A stretch of 64,000 nucleotides of DNA, taken from positions 96,001 through 160,000 of the forward strand of contig OZ245365.1 in the NCBI GenBank assembly GCA_965226495.1, given 5' to 3'. The notes beneath the pieces are model-generated. The model did not search any database. It was not told the origin of the DNA and was given only the letters and a program-made list of their open reading frames with translations. This DNA comes from Candidatus Marinacidobacterales bacterium. Its GTDB lineage: Bacteria > Acidobacteriota > Vicinamibacteria > Marinacidobacterales > DATDRI01. A program made the position numbers and the translations under genes. Of this stretch, positions 11,649 to 21,187 are shown one piece after another. Each line of letters begins with the position of its first letter. Position 1 is the first letter of the stretch.

Positions 11649-12944
11649 TTAGGAAGCGCCGACTATATCACGTTTTTGCGAGAAGGCGGACCAAGCGGCG
11701 AGCAAGAAGAAGGGAGCGTATTCGAGGACCTTGAACCACGTAAGCTCCTGCCACGCCTCACCCGGAGGTGCGAGGAACGGGGCATGGTAGGAAAGGGCGA
11801 CGGTGGCGGTGAGCATGAGCCAGGCCGGGCTCGGGAAGAAGCACAGATAGGGGACCAGCCACATGATGTACCAGGGGTGTACGGTAGGCGACAGAAGGAG
11901 GATGGAACCGATCGTAAGGTAACTCGCGCGAAGCGGTGGAACGCGACGATATAGGAGCGAAACGATGAGCACGGCAACCACCACCCCCGCGATGAGCTTC
12001 GAAGTGTCGAGGGAGCCGGTCAAGGCATACAAGAAATGGAAGAGGCTGTCGTTGGCTCGCCATCTCAGGCTATAGGCGAATATGCCGTCGAAGGACTCCG
12101 GTGTTACCCCCCGATAGGGAAAGAGCATGATCAGACTCGTCAGGAGAATCGCGAGCCATGTAAGAGGTCGTGTGCAGCGTGCGAAAAATGGAAGCAACGC
12201 AAACGCCATCAGCTTCCCATAGCCCGCCAAGGTGACGAGACACATTGATAGCGTACTTTTCTTGAGGAAGATCGCGGCGTGCGCGGCCATTAGAAAGGCC
12301 ATCATCAGGATGTCGTTGTGCCCGCTTCCCGCAATTTCGACGACGGTCAGGGGGCTCCAGGCGTACGTGAGAGATCGCAGCGGGCTGAGATTGGCAGCGG
12401 TGAGGAGAATCACGAGTATTCCGATGAGCGCAAGGTCTATCAATACGAAAGCCGCCTTCATCACGAAGACGCTCTCTGAAAGCGCAGTTACGGCTAGGAG
12501 GACCACCTGCATCATCGGCGGGTAGATAGTAGGGAGCTCCTTATTATTGATGTTCTCGTAGATGGGATCTCGCAGGTGCTCTAGTTGAGGAGCCGCGGGA
12601 GCGTACGCGTAGGGGTTCAATCCCGCTTTTTGGATACGGCCATCCCAAACATAACGGTAGATGTCGTCCGAAAGCACAGGCGGTGTGAAAAGAAAGATCA
12701 CTCGCAGCGCAATGGCTACGATGACCGTCCAAGCGAGAAGTCCGCGACGACTGTGGGCATCTTGGGTATGGTTTAGTACGTAGTAGACCGCGAAAATGTA
12801 GACCGTCGACATCGTCAGATAGCCGACGAGGAAAGCGAGGAAGCCCTCCTGGAGATCCATCCGATTCGCAACCCAGAGTGCGAGAATTACCAAGACGCAA
12901 CCTGCCGGGGCCAGAACGAACCAATCCCTCGCCGGGCTTCTCAT
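11649..12944 (-). CDS. Polytopic membrane glycosyltransferase (GT-C fold, GT87/DUF2029-like)
   Basis: LSDDIYRYVWDG, TIYPP, GHND, HPWY motifs; many TM segments. Confidence 0.8.
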   Translation of the reverse strand: MRSPARDWFVLAPAGCVLVILALWVANRMDLQEGFLAFLVGYLTMSTVYIFAVYYVLNHTQDAHSRRGLLAWTVIVAIALRVIFLFTPPVLSDDIYRYVWDGRIQKAGLNPYAYAPAAPQLEHLRDPIYENINNKELPTIYPPMMQVVLLAVTALSESVFVMKAAFVLIDLALIGILVILLTAANLSPLRSLTYAWSPLTVVEIAGSGHNDILMMAFLMAAHAAIFLKKSTLSMCLVTLAGYGKLMAFALLPFFARCTRPLTWLAILLTSLIMLFPYRGVTPESFDGIFAYSLRWRANDSLFHFLYALTGSLDTSKLIAGVVVAVLIVSLLYRRVPPLRASYLTIGSILLLSPTVHPWYIMWLVPYLCFFPSPAWLMLTATVALSYHAPFLAPPGEAWQELTWFKVLEYAPFFLLAAWSAFSQKRDIVGAS

Positions 12945-12983
12945 TCGGTTTGCGCTATGCTATGGGTGGACGAATAGTTTGTC

Positions 12984-14409
12984 ATGAGCCCTATCGACGC
13001 TGCCATTCTCATACTGTACTTCTCTGTGCTCATTGTGTTGGCGATCTTCGGATGCCACCGGTACATGATGGTCTATCTATATTACAAGTACCGGGGACAA
13101 GAAGCCTTCCTTACTAGAAAACTCGGACCCGCTACCCCTGGCGGAGCTTCCGGTGGTAACGGTACAACTGCCGTTGTTCAACGAAATGTATGTGGTGGAG
13201 CGGCTCATCGACGCCGCGGCGCGGCTCGACTATCCCAGGGAGCTTCTTGAGATTCAGGTCCTCGATGATTCCACCGATGAGACCACTGAAGCAGGGCTCT
13301 CCCGCGCACGGGGAGAATTTGTGGCCGTCTTCGACGCCGACTTCGTCCCGCCCCATGACTTTCTCCGCGCCGTGCTGACTCACTTCCAGGCCGCCGACGT
13401 GGCGATGGTGCAGGCGAGGTGGGGGCATATCAATCCCGAGTATTCGTTGCTAACGCGCGTGCAATCCATCCTTCTCGATGCCCACTTCATCATCGAGCAC
13501 GGTGCGCGGAACCGCGCCGGTCGTTTTTTCAATTTCAACGGGACGGCCGGAGTGTGGCGAAGGTCGGCCATCGAAGATGCGGGTGGCTGGCAGCATGACA
13601 CCTTGACCGAAGACTTGGATCTCTCCTACCGAGCGCAACTCAAAGGCTGGCGGTTCATCTTTCTTCCGGACGTCGTCTGTCCGGCGGAGCTACCGGTGGA
13701 GATGAACGGGTTCAAGAGTCAGCAGCACCGTTGGTCCAAGGGGTCGATCCAAACCGCCAAGAAATTGCTGCCCCGTTTGCTGGCGAGCCGCTTGCCGCTC
13801 GGGGTGAAGGCCGAAGCGATCTTTCATTTGACCGCCAACCTAGCGTATCCGCTGATGGTGGTTTTGTCCTTGTTGATGTTTCCGTCCATGCTGGTCCGCT
13901 ACAACATGGGTTGGCAGGAGATGCTCCTAGTCGACATCCCTTTGTTTCTCGCCGCGACTTGTTCGGTGACAGCCTTTTACGTCGTATCTCAGAAAGAGAT
14001 CTATCCAGATTGGAAGGAGCGGGTGCGCTACATCCCCTTCTTGTTATCGGTAGGGATTGGTATGAGCGTCAGTAACGGTCGCGCGGTGCTGGAAGGTCTG
14101 TGGGGGTGCGAGACCCCTTTCGTTCGGACGCCGAAGTACCGAATCGAATCGCGGCTCGACCGCTGGAAGCTCAAGAAGTATCGCGGTGCTCGCAGCTATC
14201 TTCCCGCCGTCGAGATCGCTCTCGGTCTCTACTTCACCGCCACGGTCGCCTATGCGATTTCCCACCAGATCTTCGCCACGTTGCCCTTCCTGGCTTTGTT
14301 CCAGGTCGGCTTTCTCGCAACCGGCTTCATGTCGTGGCTCCAACCCTTTAGAGACAGTGGGTTTCACGCCGGTACGAGCCTGTTGACTCCAGCCGCTAGG
14401 CACAGATAG
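12984..14409 (+). pseudogene. GT2 cellulose-synthase-like glycosyltransferase, frameshifted and internally deleted
   Basis: VTVQLPLFNE, FDADF, TLTEDLD, QQHRW motifs; +1 shift near the G4 run at 13093-13096; KAG-containing segment absent between DDSTDET and GEFVAVFDADF. Confidence 0.75.
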
Positions 14410-14449
14410 ACTGGCTTTTTCTGAAAGCCCCTGAAAGCCCCTGACAACG

Positions 14450-15058
14450 ATGAGAAAAGACAACGCCATTTTCTTCTTGTCTGGTCTCGCTTTCGGAGTG
14501 CTTCTTGGCTATTTCGTGTTCGAGAGCGTCATTCGAGACCCGGGCAATGTTTCGATGGCGGCCAACATAGGAAGCCCAGGTGGCCTCGGAAGCGCGAGTG
14601 GAGTTGCGCAGCCTGAGCCGCGGCGGTTGTTGGATCGTCAGGAAGTGGCCGCGCTCGAGAGTGTGCTTCAGCGAAACCCCGAGGATAGTAGCGCTCGGAT
14701 TCGACTCGGCAATCTCTATTTGGAGGCGGGCCACGATGACGAGGCGATTCCATGGTTTCGTGAGGCGCTCGAGCGAGAGCCCGACAATGCTCATGCTGGA
14801 ACCCATTTGGCGCAATCGCTGGCCAATATCGGACGCCTCGAGGAGGCCATCTCGGAGTATGGAGCTGTACTCGCTCGCGCACCGGGGAACGCTCAAGCGC
14901 TCCTGGGATTGGGGAGAGTGAAGCTCTACGCACAGCAAGACATCCGTGGCGGGCTCGAAGCCTGGGAGGAACTGTTGCGGGTCGCTCCGAACTCCCGCGA
15001 AGCCAACAGCATTAGTGATGAGCTGGAAGCACTGAAGTCCGCTCATACAACCAATTAG
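14450..15058 (+). CDS. Membrane-anchored TPR protein
   Basis: N-terminal TM helix and TPR patterns (ARIRLGNLYL, AGTHLAQSLA, ALLGLGRV). Confidence 0.8.
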   Translation: MRKDNAIFFLSGLAFGVLLGYFVFESVIRDPGNVSMAANIGSPGGLGSASGVAQPEPRRLLDRQEVAALESVLQRNPEDSSARIRLGNLYLEAGHDDEAIPWFREALEREPDNAHAGTHLAQSLANIGRLEEAISEYGAVLARAPGNAQALLGLGRVKLYAQQDIRGGLEAWEELLRVAPNSREANSISDELEALKSAHTTN

Positions 15059-15059
15059 T

Positions 15060-15353
15060 GTGACCATGGGGCGTCTCCTTCAGTTCATCGCTTTCATGTT
15101 CGTGGTTCGTCACGTTTTTCTAGCCCTTTCTCGTTGGTTAGGGGGAGCCGAGAAGCAGCAAGTAGGAGGGCGTTCTCAGCAGGCTCCGAGTGACGGTTTG
15201 GTGAAGCCGATCTACCGGGGCCAAATGGTCCGCGACCCGGTGTGCGGTGTTTTCGTGCCCAAAGAACGGGCCATCGAGGAGCGTAAGGACGGTGAAGTCC
15301 AGCACTTTTGTTCCGAGAACTGCCGGCAGGCGTTTCAGGTGAGTACGACGTGA
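15060..15353 (+). CDS. Small membrane protein with YHS/TRASH metal-binding domain
   Basis: MVRDPVCGVFV...HFCSENC. Confidence 0.75.
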   Translation: MTMGRLLQFIAFMFVVRHVFLALSRWLGGAEKQQVGGRSQQAPSDGLVKPIYRGQMVRDPVCGVFVPKERAIEERKDGEVQHFCSENCRQAFQVSTT

Positions 15354-16159
15354 AGCGACGCGAAGAGCTCAAAGAAGATATCTGTGAGGTGGGTCGTCGA
15401 CTGTACCAACATGGCTACATTGCGGCGATGGAGGGGAACGTCAGTATTCGATTTTCGGAAGAAGAAGTTCTGTCGACGCCGGCGGGGGTCTGTAAGGGTT
15501 ACCTCACACCGGACATGATCGTCTCCTGCGATTTTTCGGGCAAGCGGGTCGATGGCGCGCTGCGCGTCTCGACTGAGATCGAGATGCACCTGACGGTTTA
15601 CCGAGCCCGACCCGACGTCCGGGCGGTGGTTCACGCTCACCCACCGAAGTCGACTGCGTTCGCGGTTGCGGGAGTGCCCCTCAATCGCGCCGTGCTTGCC
15701 GAAGTCATCGTTACCTTGGGCTGCGTTCCGTTGGCGGAGTACGGCACGCCTTCCACGAAGGAGCTGGCCGATTCCGTGGACCGCTTGATCAGAACTAGTG
15801 ACGGCCTCTTGTTATCTAATCATGGTGCCTTGACCGTGGGTAAAGAGATTCTCGACGCCTACTACAAGATGGAAGTAGTGGAGCATTTCGCCGAGATCAG
15901 CTTCATGTCGAGATTGTTAGGGGGGGAGAGGTTGCTTCCTCAGTCCGAGGTGTCGCGCCTGCTATCCCTTCGCAAGGGAGTCTACAAGCTCGAGGGGCCG
16001 CCGGGAGGAGAAGCGTGCCCAATCCCTGCCGAGGGGGTCGGTTCCGTAGGTAGGGCTGCTGGTGCGGATGGCAACGAAATGATCCAACTGACCAGGGACG
16101 AGCTGGTGACGTTGATCTCCGACGCGATTCGAGCGGTCGGCGGTGCGCGCACGGCATAG
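15350..16159 (+). CDS. Class II aldolase/adducin family protein with C-terminal encapsulation peptide
   Basis: EGNVS, STEIEMH, VVHAHPP, LSNHG; terminal amphipathic helix LTRDELVTLISDAIRAV; GTG start overlaps the upstream stop. Confidence 0.88.
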   Translation: MKRREELKEDICEVGRRLYQHGYIAAMEGNVSIRFSEEEVLSTPAGVCKGYLTPDMIVSCDFSGKRVDGALRVSTEIEMHLTVYRARPDVRAVVHAHPPKSTAFAVAGVPLNRAVLAEVIVTLGCVPLAEYGTPSTKELADSVDRLIRTSDGLLLSNHGALTVGKEILDAYYKMEVVEHFAEISFMSRLLGGERLLPQSEVSRLLSLRKGVYKLEGPPGGEACPIPAEGVGSVGRAAGADGNEMIQLTRDELVTLISDAIRAVGGARTA

Positions 16160-16256
16160 CCGGGCAAGCGATTACGCAACGAAATAGGAACTGTGTTACA
16201 AGGACAACGGCAAAACCAAACTATGCAAATTAATGTGGGAGGAGTAGGGAGGAATC

Positions 16257-16556
16257 ATGGCGGAATCCGTAGGTGAAGCGCTGGGGATGATTGAGACCCG
16301 AGGACTGGTGGCGATGATTGAGGCGTCCGACGCCATGGTCAAGGCGGCCAAGGTCACCCTCGTTGGTTACGAGAAGATTGGGGCCGGATATGTCACCGCA
16401 CTCGTGCGGGGCGACGTGGCGGCTTGCAAAGCGGCAACCGACGCCGGAGCGGCAGCGGCTCGCCGGGTCGGCGAACTCATATCGGTGCATGTGATTCCGA
16501 GGCCTCACTCGAGCCTGGAGGACTGCCTGCCGATCGGAAAGACCACCGAGTCTTAG
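16257..16556 (+). CDS. BMC-H hexamer shell protein (EutM/PduA/CcmK family)
   Basis: [36 protein letters not shown]. Confidence 0.95.
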   Translation: MAESVGEALGMIETRGLVAMIEASDAMVKAAKVTLVGYEKIGAGYVTALVRGDVAACKAATDAGAAAARRVGELISVHVIPRPHSSLEDCLPIGKTTES

Positions 16557-16582
16557 CCCGCAAGGTATAGCGAGCTCAATCG

Positions 16583-16885
16583 ATGACGTTGGGTAAAGTG
16601 GTGGGGACCGTCGTAGCTACCCGAAAGGACGAGCAGCTGGAGGGGTTCAAACTACTGGTGGTACGGGCAGTGGGGCCTGACGGCGTGGAAAAAAACTCCT
16701 ATGTTGTCGCCGTCGACACCGTGGACGCTGGTGTGGGCGATCTCGTGCTTTTGGTTTCGGGCAGTTCGGCGAGGATGTCGACGGGTTGTACGGACCGGCC
16801 GATAGACGCCGCGGTGGTGGGGATCATCGACTCCATCGAACTGGCCTCGGCCGCGCTGGCGGGGGCTCGCGCGCAGTCGACCTGA
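16583..16885 (+). CDS. BMC-P vertex protein (EutN/CcmL family)
   Basis: GKVVGTVVATRK, VAVDTVDAGVGD, GSSAR, DAAVVGIID. Confidence 0.93.
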   Translation: MTLGKVVGTVVATRKDEQLEGFKLLVVRAVGPDGVEKNSYVVAVDTVDAGVGDLVLLVSGSSARMSTGCTDRPIDAAVVGIIDSIELASAALAGARAQST

Positions 16886-16895
16886 GACGAAGGCT

Positions 16896-17159
16896 ATGTT
16901 CGTGGCCAAGGTCATCGGTAACGTCGTGGCCACCGTGAAAGACGCCGGCCTCGATTCTCACAAGCTTCTCATCATTCAACCGCTGAGCGGGAAGGGTGCT
17001 CCCGAAGGGGAGCCCTTGATCGCACTCGATGGGGTCGGTGTCGGGGTTGGAGAAGAAGTGTTCTGCGTGAGTGGCAAAGAAGCTTCCTTCCTTTTTCTGC
17101 CTTCAAAGGTGCCAGCCGATGTGGGGATCGTGGGTAAGGTGGACCGTCAGGATTCGTGA
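16896..17159 (+). CDS. BMC-P vertex protein (EutN/CcmL family)
   Basis: AKVIGNVVATVK, IALDGVGVGVGE, GKEAS, VGIVGKVD. Confidence 0.9.
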   Translation: MFVAKVIGNVVATVKDAGLDSHKLLIIQPLSGKGAPEGEPLIALDGVGVGVGEEVFCVSGKEASFLFLPSKVPADVGIVGKVDRQDS

Positions 17160-17429
17160 GTGATTATCGGTAAAGTGACGGGCACGGTGGTTTCCACGGT
17201 GAAGCACTATAAGATGGAAGGAAGGAAGTTGCTCCTCGTTCAACCTCTCGATCCAGAGGGGAAGCCACAAGGGAGACGATTGTTGGCCATCGATTCGGTG
17301 GGCGCGGGAGTCGGTGACCAAGTGCTCGTCGTCAAGGAAGGCCGTGCCGCGGGCAAAGCATTGGGACGCTCGTCAGGGCCCGTGGATGCCGCCATCGTGG
17401 GCGTGGTCGACAGTGTGGATCTAGGATGA
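17160..17429 (+). CDS. BMC-P vertex protein (EutN/CcmL family)
   Basis: GKVTGTVVSTVK, AIDSVGAGVGD, EGRAA, DAAIVGVVD. Confidence 0.92.
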   Translation: MIIGKVTGTVVSTVKHYKMEGRKLLLVQPLDPEGKPQGRRLLAIDSVGAGVGDQVLVVKEGRAAGKALGRSSGPVDAAIVGVVDSVDLG

Positions 17430-17728
17430 ACTCCGTCGACCCCAACAGGGTCCGCGCGCTCGTCAGGCAGGCGCTCAAGCAAAAGTTGGGCCTCGGTTCT
17501 CCGGTCCATCCAGAGGCAACCTCCCTCTCCCTCAGGGAGAGGGTTGGGGTGAGGGTGGTTCAGCAGTCCGCCCAACTCTCGGTCCACCCCTCGCAACTCG
17601 CCATCGGCGAAGGCCCCGCCTCCTCAGATTGCCACGAAGACATGGACCTTCCGGTTCAGAAACCCTGCCTCATCGAGCCGCATCGACCTTGCTATAACAG
17701 CGGCTATTGTAAGAAGCTGGGTCACTAA
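17426..17728 (+). CDS. BMC-associated small protein: N-terminal EP-like helix, C-terminal Cys/His cluster
   Basis: DPNRVRALVRQALKQKL amphipathic helix; PCLIEPHRPCYNSGYCKKLGH; start overlaps the third BMC-P stop. Confidence 0.7.
   Translation: MNSVDPNRVRALVRQALKQKLGLGSPVHPEATSLSLRERVGVRVVQQSAQLSVHPSQLAIGEGPASSDCHEDMDLPVQKPCLIEPHRPCYNSGYCKKLGH
17523..17555. repeat. REP-like palindromic element inside a CDS
   Basis: CCCTCTCCCTCAGGGAGAGGG-TTGGGGTGAGGG hairpin, read in frame as SLSLRERVGVR. Confidence 0.65.
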
Positions 17729-17748
17729 CTCCCATCAGAGATTCGACC

Positions 17749-18927
17749 ATGTCACGCATCATTCTCCACTTGGACATGGATGCTTTCTACACGTCGGTGG
17801 AACAGCGGGACCATCCTGAATACCAAGGCAAGCCGGTCGTGGTGGGCGCAAATCCTCGTGGTGGGCAAGGTCGCGGCGTCGTAGCCGCTGCATCCTACGA
17901 AGCCCGGGAGTTCGGACTACATTCCGCGATGCCCATTGGTCGCGCCTACCGAAGGTGCCCGCAGGCTATTTACTTGCGAGGCAATATGCGCAAGTACGGG
18001 GAGGTTTCCCGTCGAATTATGGAGATTCTCAGGGGATTTACTGATCTCGTGGAACAGATCTCGATTGACGAAGCTTTTCTCGATGTGACCGGAAGCATTG
18101 CGTTGTTCGGGGAGCGTAGGCAGCTCGCTCTCGAGATAAGAAGGCGCATTCGAGAACAAGAGAGACTCAGTGCATCCATCGGAATCGCACCCAACAAGTT
18201 TCTCGCCAAGATCGCATCCGACTTGGAGAAACCCGACGGCCTGGTGGAGGTCGCGCCCGGGCACGAAGAGGAGTTCCTCAGAGACCTTCTGGTCGAGCGC
18301 TTGTGGGGAGTGGGCCCGCGCACCGCGGAAGAGCTTCACAAACTGGGTCTTTACAAGATCCGGGACATTGCCCGCCTGTCTCTTGCCGAGCTCGACGAGC
18401 GTTTCGGGAAGCACGGACGCCATCTTCATCGTCTGGCCCGCGGAATCGATGACCGCCCGGTTCAGCCCGAGCACGAATGGAAGTCGCTCGGTCACGAGAC
18501 GACGTTCGAAGAAGACACCGATGACCCGCAGAAGGTACGGCAGACGCTACTGGAATTGTCGGAAGCAGTGGCTCGCCGACTGCGCAAACAGGAGCTACTC
18601 GCTGGGGGTTTGACGCTCAAATTCCGAGATGAAGACTTTGTGACCGCAACCCGGAGTATGACACTGCCCGATCCGACAGACGATGCGGGTGAGATCTTTC
18701 GCATCGCGCTTCAGCTCTTGGGTCGCGTGCGCTTTAGAGATCACAAGGTTCGTCTCCTGGGTATCTACGGCTCTAGGCTTCAAGGTGTACATGTATCCCC
18801 TCGACAGTTACGCTTGTTCGAGCCGGACGAAAAGAGGCGGCGGCTGAATGCGTCGATGGATTCGATCCAAGAGCGATTCGGCGATCGAGCTGTGAATCGA
18901 GCTACTCTGGTAGAGAGAAAGGACTGA
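17749..18927 (+). CDS. dinB: DNA polymerase IV
   Basis: HLDMDAFYTSVE, AASYEAR, SIDEAFLD, KIASDLEKPDG. Confidence 0.95.
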   Translation: MSRIILHLDMDAFYTSVEQRDHPEYQGKPVVVGANPRGGQGRGVVAAASYEAREFGLHSAMPIGRAYRRCPQAIYLRGNMRKYGEVSRRIMEILRGFTDLVEQISIDEAFLDVTGSIALFGERRQLALEIRRRIREQERLSASIGIAPNKFLAKIASDLEKPDGLVEVAPGHEEEFLRDLLVERLWGVGPRTAEELHKLGLYKIRDIARLSLAELDERFGKHGRHLHRLARGIDDRPVQPEHEWKSLGHETTFEEDTDDPQKVRQTLLELSEAVARRLRKQELLAGGLTLKFRDEDFVTATRSMTLPDPTDDAGEIFRIALQLLGRVRFRDHKVRLLGIYGSRLQGVHVSPRQLRLFEPDEKRRRLNASMDSIQERFGDRAVNRATLVERKD

Positions 18928-18933
18928 GAAAAC

Positions 18934-19761
18934 GTGGTAGAAGACCTGTCCAAGAAAAGACTCGCCATTTTGGGTCTCGGCAAGATGGGCAGCATCCTGC
19001 TCCAGCCGTTGCTGAAGCAGAAGCTATTCTTGCCGATAAACGCGGTCGCCACCGTCCGCCACCCGGAACGGGCCAAGAGGCTCTCCGATGAATTGGGTAT
19101 CGACGTGGGGACTGATAATACCGCCGCAGCGCGAAACGCCGATATTGTCTTGATCTGCGTCAAGCCGCAGACCGTTCCGGAAGTGTGTGAGGACCTCCGC
19201 GCAGAGATTGACTCTTCGCAGCTGGTGGTGTCGGTGTCCGCATCGGTTCCTACGCGAAGCATCGAAAAATTCTTGTCGGCTGATATCCCTGTCGTTCGCG
19301 CCATGCCCAACACACCCTGCTCGGTGGGAGAGGGAATGACCGCGATCTCTCGCGGACGATTCGCCGAGCCGCATCATCTCGAGCTCAGCGAACGGATCTT
19401 CAATACTGTGGGAAGAACCGCCCGGATCGATGAAAAGCACTTGGACGCGGTAACCGGTCTCTCGGCGAGTGGGCCGGCGTTCGTCTACGTCATTCTCGAG
19501 TCGTTGGCTGAGGCCGGCGTCAAGCTGGGGCTGCCAAGGGAGGTTGCAACCCTGCTCGCGGCGCAAACGATGCTGGGGTCAGCGCGGCAGGTTTTGGAGA
19601 CCGGAGCTCACCCCGCCTTGCTCAAGGATGCGGTCACCACACCGGCGGGTTGTACGATCGACGGACTAATGGAGCTCGAAGAAGGGAAGTTGCGGGTCAC
19701 GTTGATCAAGGCGGTAGTCAAGGCGGCCGACCGCGCCAAGGACCTCTACCAAGAGGACTGA
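18934..19761 (+). CDS. proC: Pyrroline-5-carboxylate reductase
   Basis: GLGKMG, VKPQ, RAMPNTP, TGLSASGPA, VTTPAGCT. Confidence 0.95.
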   Translation: MVEDLSKKRLAILGLGKMGSILLQPLLKQKLFLPINAVATVRHPERAKRLSDELGIDVGTDNTAAARNADIVLICVKPQTVPEVCEDLRAEIDSSQLVVSVSASVPTRSIEKFLSADIPVVRAMPNTPCSVGEGMTAISRGRFAEPHHLELSERIFNTVGRTARIDEKHLDAVTGLSASGPAFVYVILESLAEAGVKLGLPREVATLLAAQTMLGSARQVLETGAHPALLKDAVTTPAGCTIDGLMELEEGKLRVTLIKAVVKAADRAKDLYQED

Positions 19762-19767
19762 GCCCGA

Positions 19768-21186
19768 TTACGGATCGCTCTCGTCCTTACCGCCAGATCC
19801 GTCCTTTTCGTCGACTGCCTCGTTTTCTGCAGGCGGGGACGGGGCGTCTTCCTCTAAAGCCATTAGCTTCTCGATCTCTTCCCAGCTCGACGGGTTGAGC
19901 TTTAAGACGAGCTCGTCTCCCTTGCGACGCGCGTAGACGGCATCGTCCTCCCGCTTCGAGACCGCGATTTCCTCCACTTGCTCACTGTCCTTCGACCACA
20001 CGGTAATGGTGTAGTCGGGTGGGCTCGATCCCGGTCCTTCGGTGAGGGTCTCCTCGGCTTCGTTGCCGCTGAGTTTATAGAGCAGGTCTTCAACCTTGGT
20101 GCGGTCTAGCTCTCGGGGCTCGGGAGCGGTCTCTTTCCAAACGTCCTGTTCGTCCTGCCTGGACTTTTCGATGATTTGGTCCGGTCTCTCCGGCGAGGAT
20201 ATCTTGAGCTTTACGACTTGGTAGGTGGCAAAATCGAAAAGCCGTTTCGAAATGAATTCGCTTTGTTCCTTCTTGATGTCGTCGACGAGACTCGATGCGA
20301 TCAAATAAACGATGGGGCGGTCCGGGTTGCGTGCGTAGTACCGGCTGTCCTTCTCAGCGCCCACGAGGAGTGTTTCAGTGAGGCCGCCCTCGAGCTGCAC
20401 CTCGACCTCGTAGCTCGGTATGCCAAGACCGTACTCGCTCAAGTCTTCGGCGGCCTCGGAGACGATCTCCTCCATCTTGGCCGTTTCCAACTTTGAGACC
20501 AACCCGCCAGCCTTATAACGATCGGCTCGAGAAAAGGAGGGTTTCACGATGTTCCAAGAGTCTTCACCCGCTTTCGCCAGGACGATCTCTTGATCCGGTT
20601 GCTTCAAGATGACCTTTTCCACATCGTCGCGTTTGAATCCAAAAAGAGACTTGTCGCGGAGATCCCATGCCTTCTTGTTCAGGCTGTATTCCTTGCTCGA
20701 CGCGATCACGAAGATCTTCTCGCCATCGGCCAACCGGGCGTAGAGATTGCTACCGATCGGGGTCTCGTCGCCGATGTGAAGCGACGCGGACGTCTCGACG
20801 TCCTCGGCATCCTTCACGAGGACTTCGAGCTCGAACTTGGGGGCGTCGAGGCCGAAGTCGGCCAGGTTGGCTTCTCCCTCCGATATCAACCGTTCGCTTT
20901 GGAGACTCGCGATGCTCTCCGCGAGCGAGTCGGAGGCGGCACTGTCGGCTGCTGCGTCCACCGGCGCTACCAATTGCCAAGCGCCCTCGCTGCGACGTTC
21001 AAGCTTGAGGTGCTCACCCTCTTGTCTCCGGATCTCGATACTCTGAATTTTCTCGGCTTCCAGTTCGAAGATCGCTTCCCGATCGGGATTCGACTCCGTT
21101 TCGACGGGCTCCCATTCGTAGCGGTAGATGTAAGCGGTCAGTGCGGCGAAAATGACGGCCAGCAAGATGGTGGTCTTGGAACTCAT
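19768..21186 (-). CDS. DUF4340 domain protein (Gld-like ABC system accessory)
   Basis: N-terminal anchor, repeated DL.D/EYGL..P units, DLRDKSLF; last gene of the ABC operon. Confidence 0.8.
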   Translation of the reverse strand: MSSKTTILLAVIFAALTAYIYRYEWEPVETESNPDREAIFELEAEKIQSIEIRRQEGEHLKLERRSEGAWQLVAPVDAAADSAASDSLAESIASLQSERLISEGEANLADFGLDAPKFELEVLVKDAEDVETSASLHIGDETPIGSNLYARLADGEKIFVIASSKEYSLNKKAWDLRDKSLFGFKRDDVEKVILKQPDQEIVLAKAGEDSWNIVKPSFSRADRYKAGGLVSKLETAKMEEIVSEAAEDLSEYGLGIPSYEVEVQLEGGLTETLLVGAEKDSRYYARNPDRPIVYLIASSLVDDIKKEQSEFISKRLFDFATYQVVKLKISSPERPDQIIEKSRQDEQDVWKETAPEPRELDRTKVEDLLYKLSGNEAEETLTEGPGSSPPDYTITVWSKDSEQVEEIAVSKREDDAVYARRKGDELVLKLNPSSWEEIEKLMALEEDAPSPPAENEAVDEKDGSGGKDESDP

Positions 21187-21187
21187 C

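Noticed and set aside
17749-19761. dinB and proC as functional parts of the BMC locus
   Set aside because: Short gaps allow co-transcription, but neither has an encapsulation peptide and both are ordinary housekeeping genes
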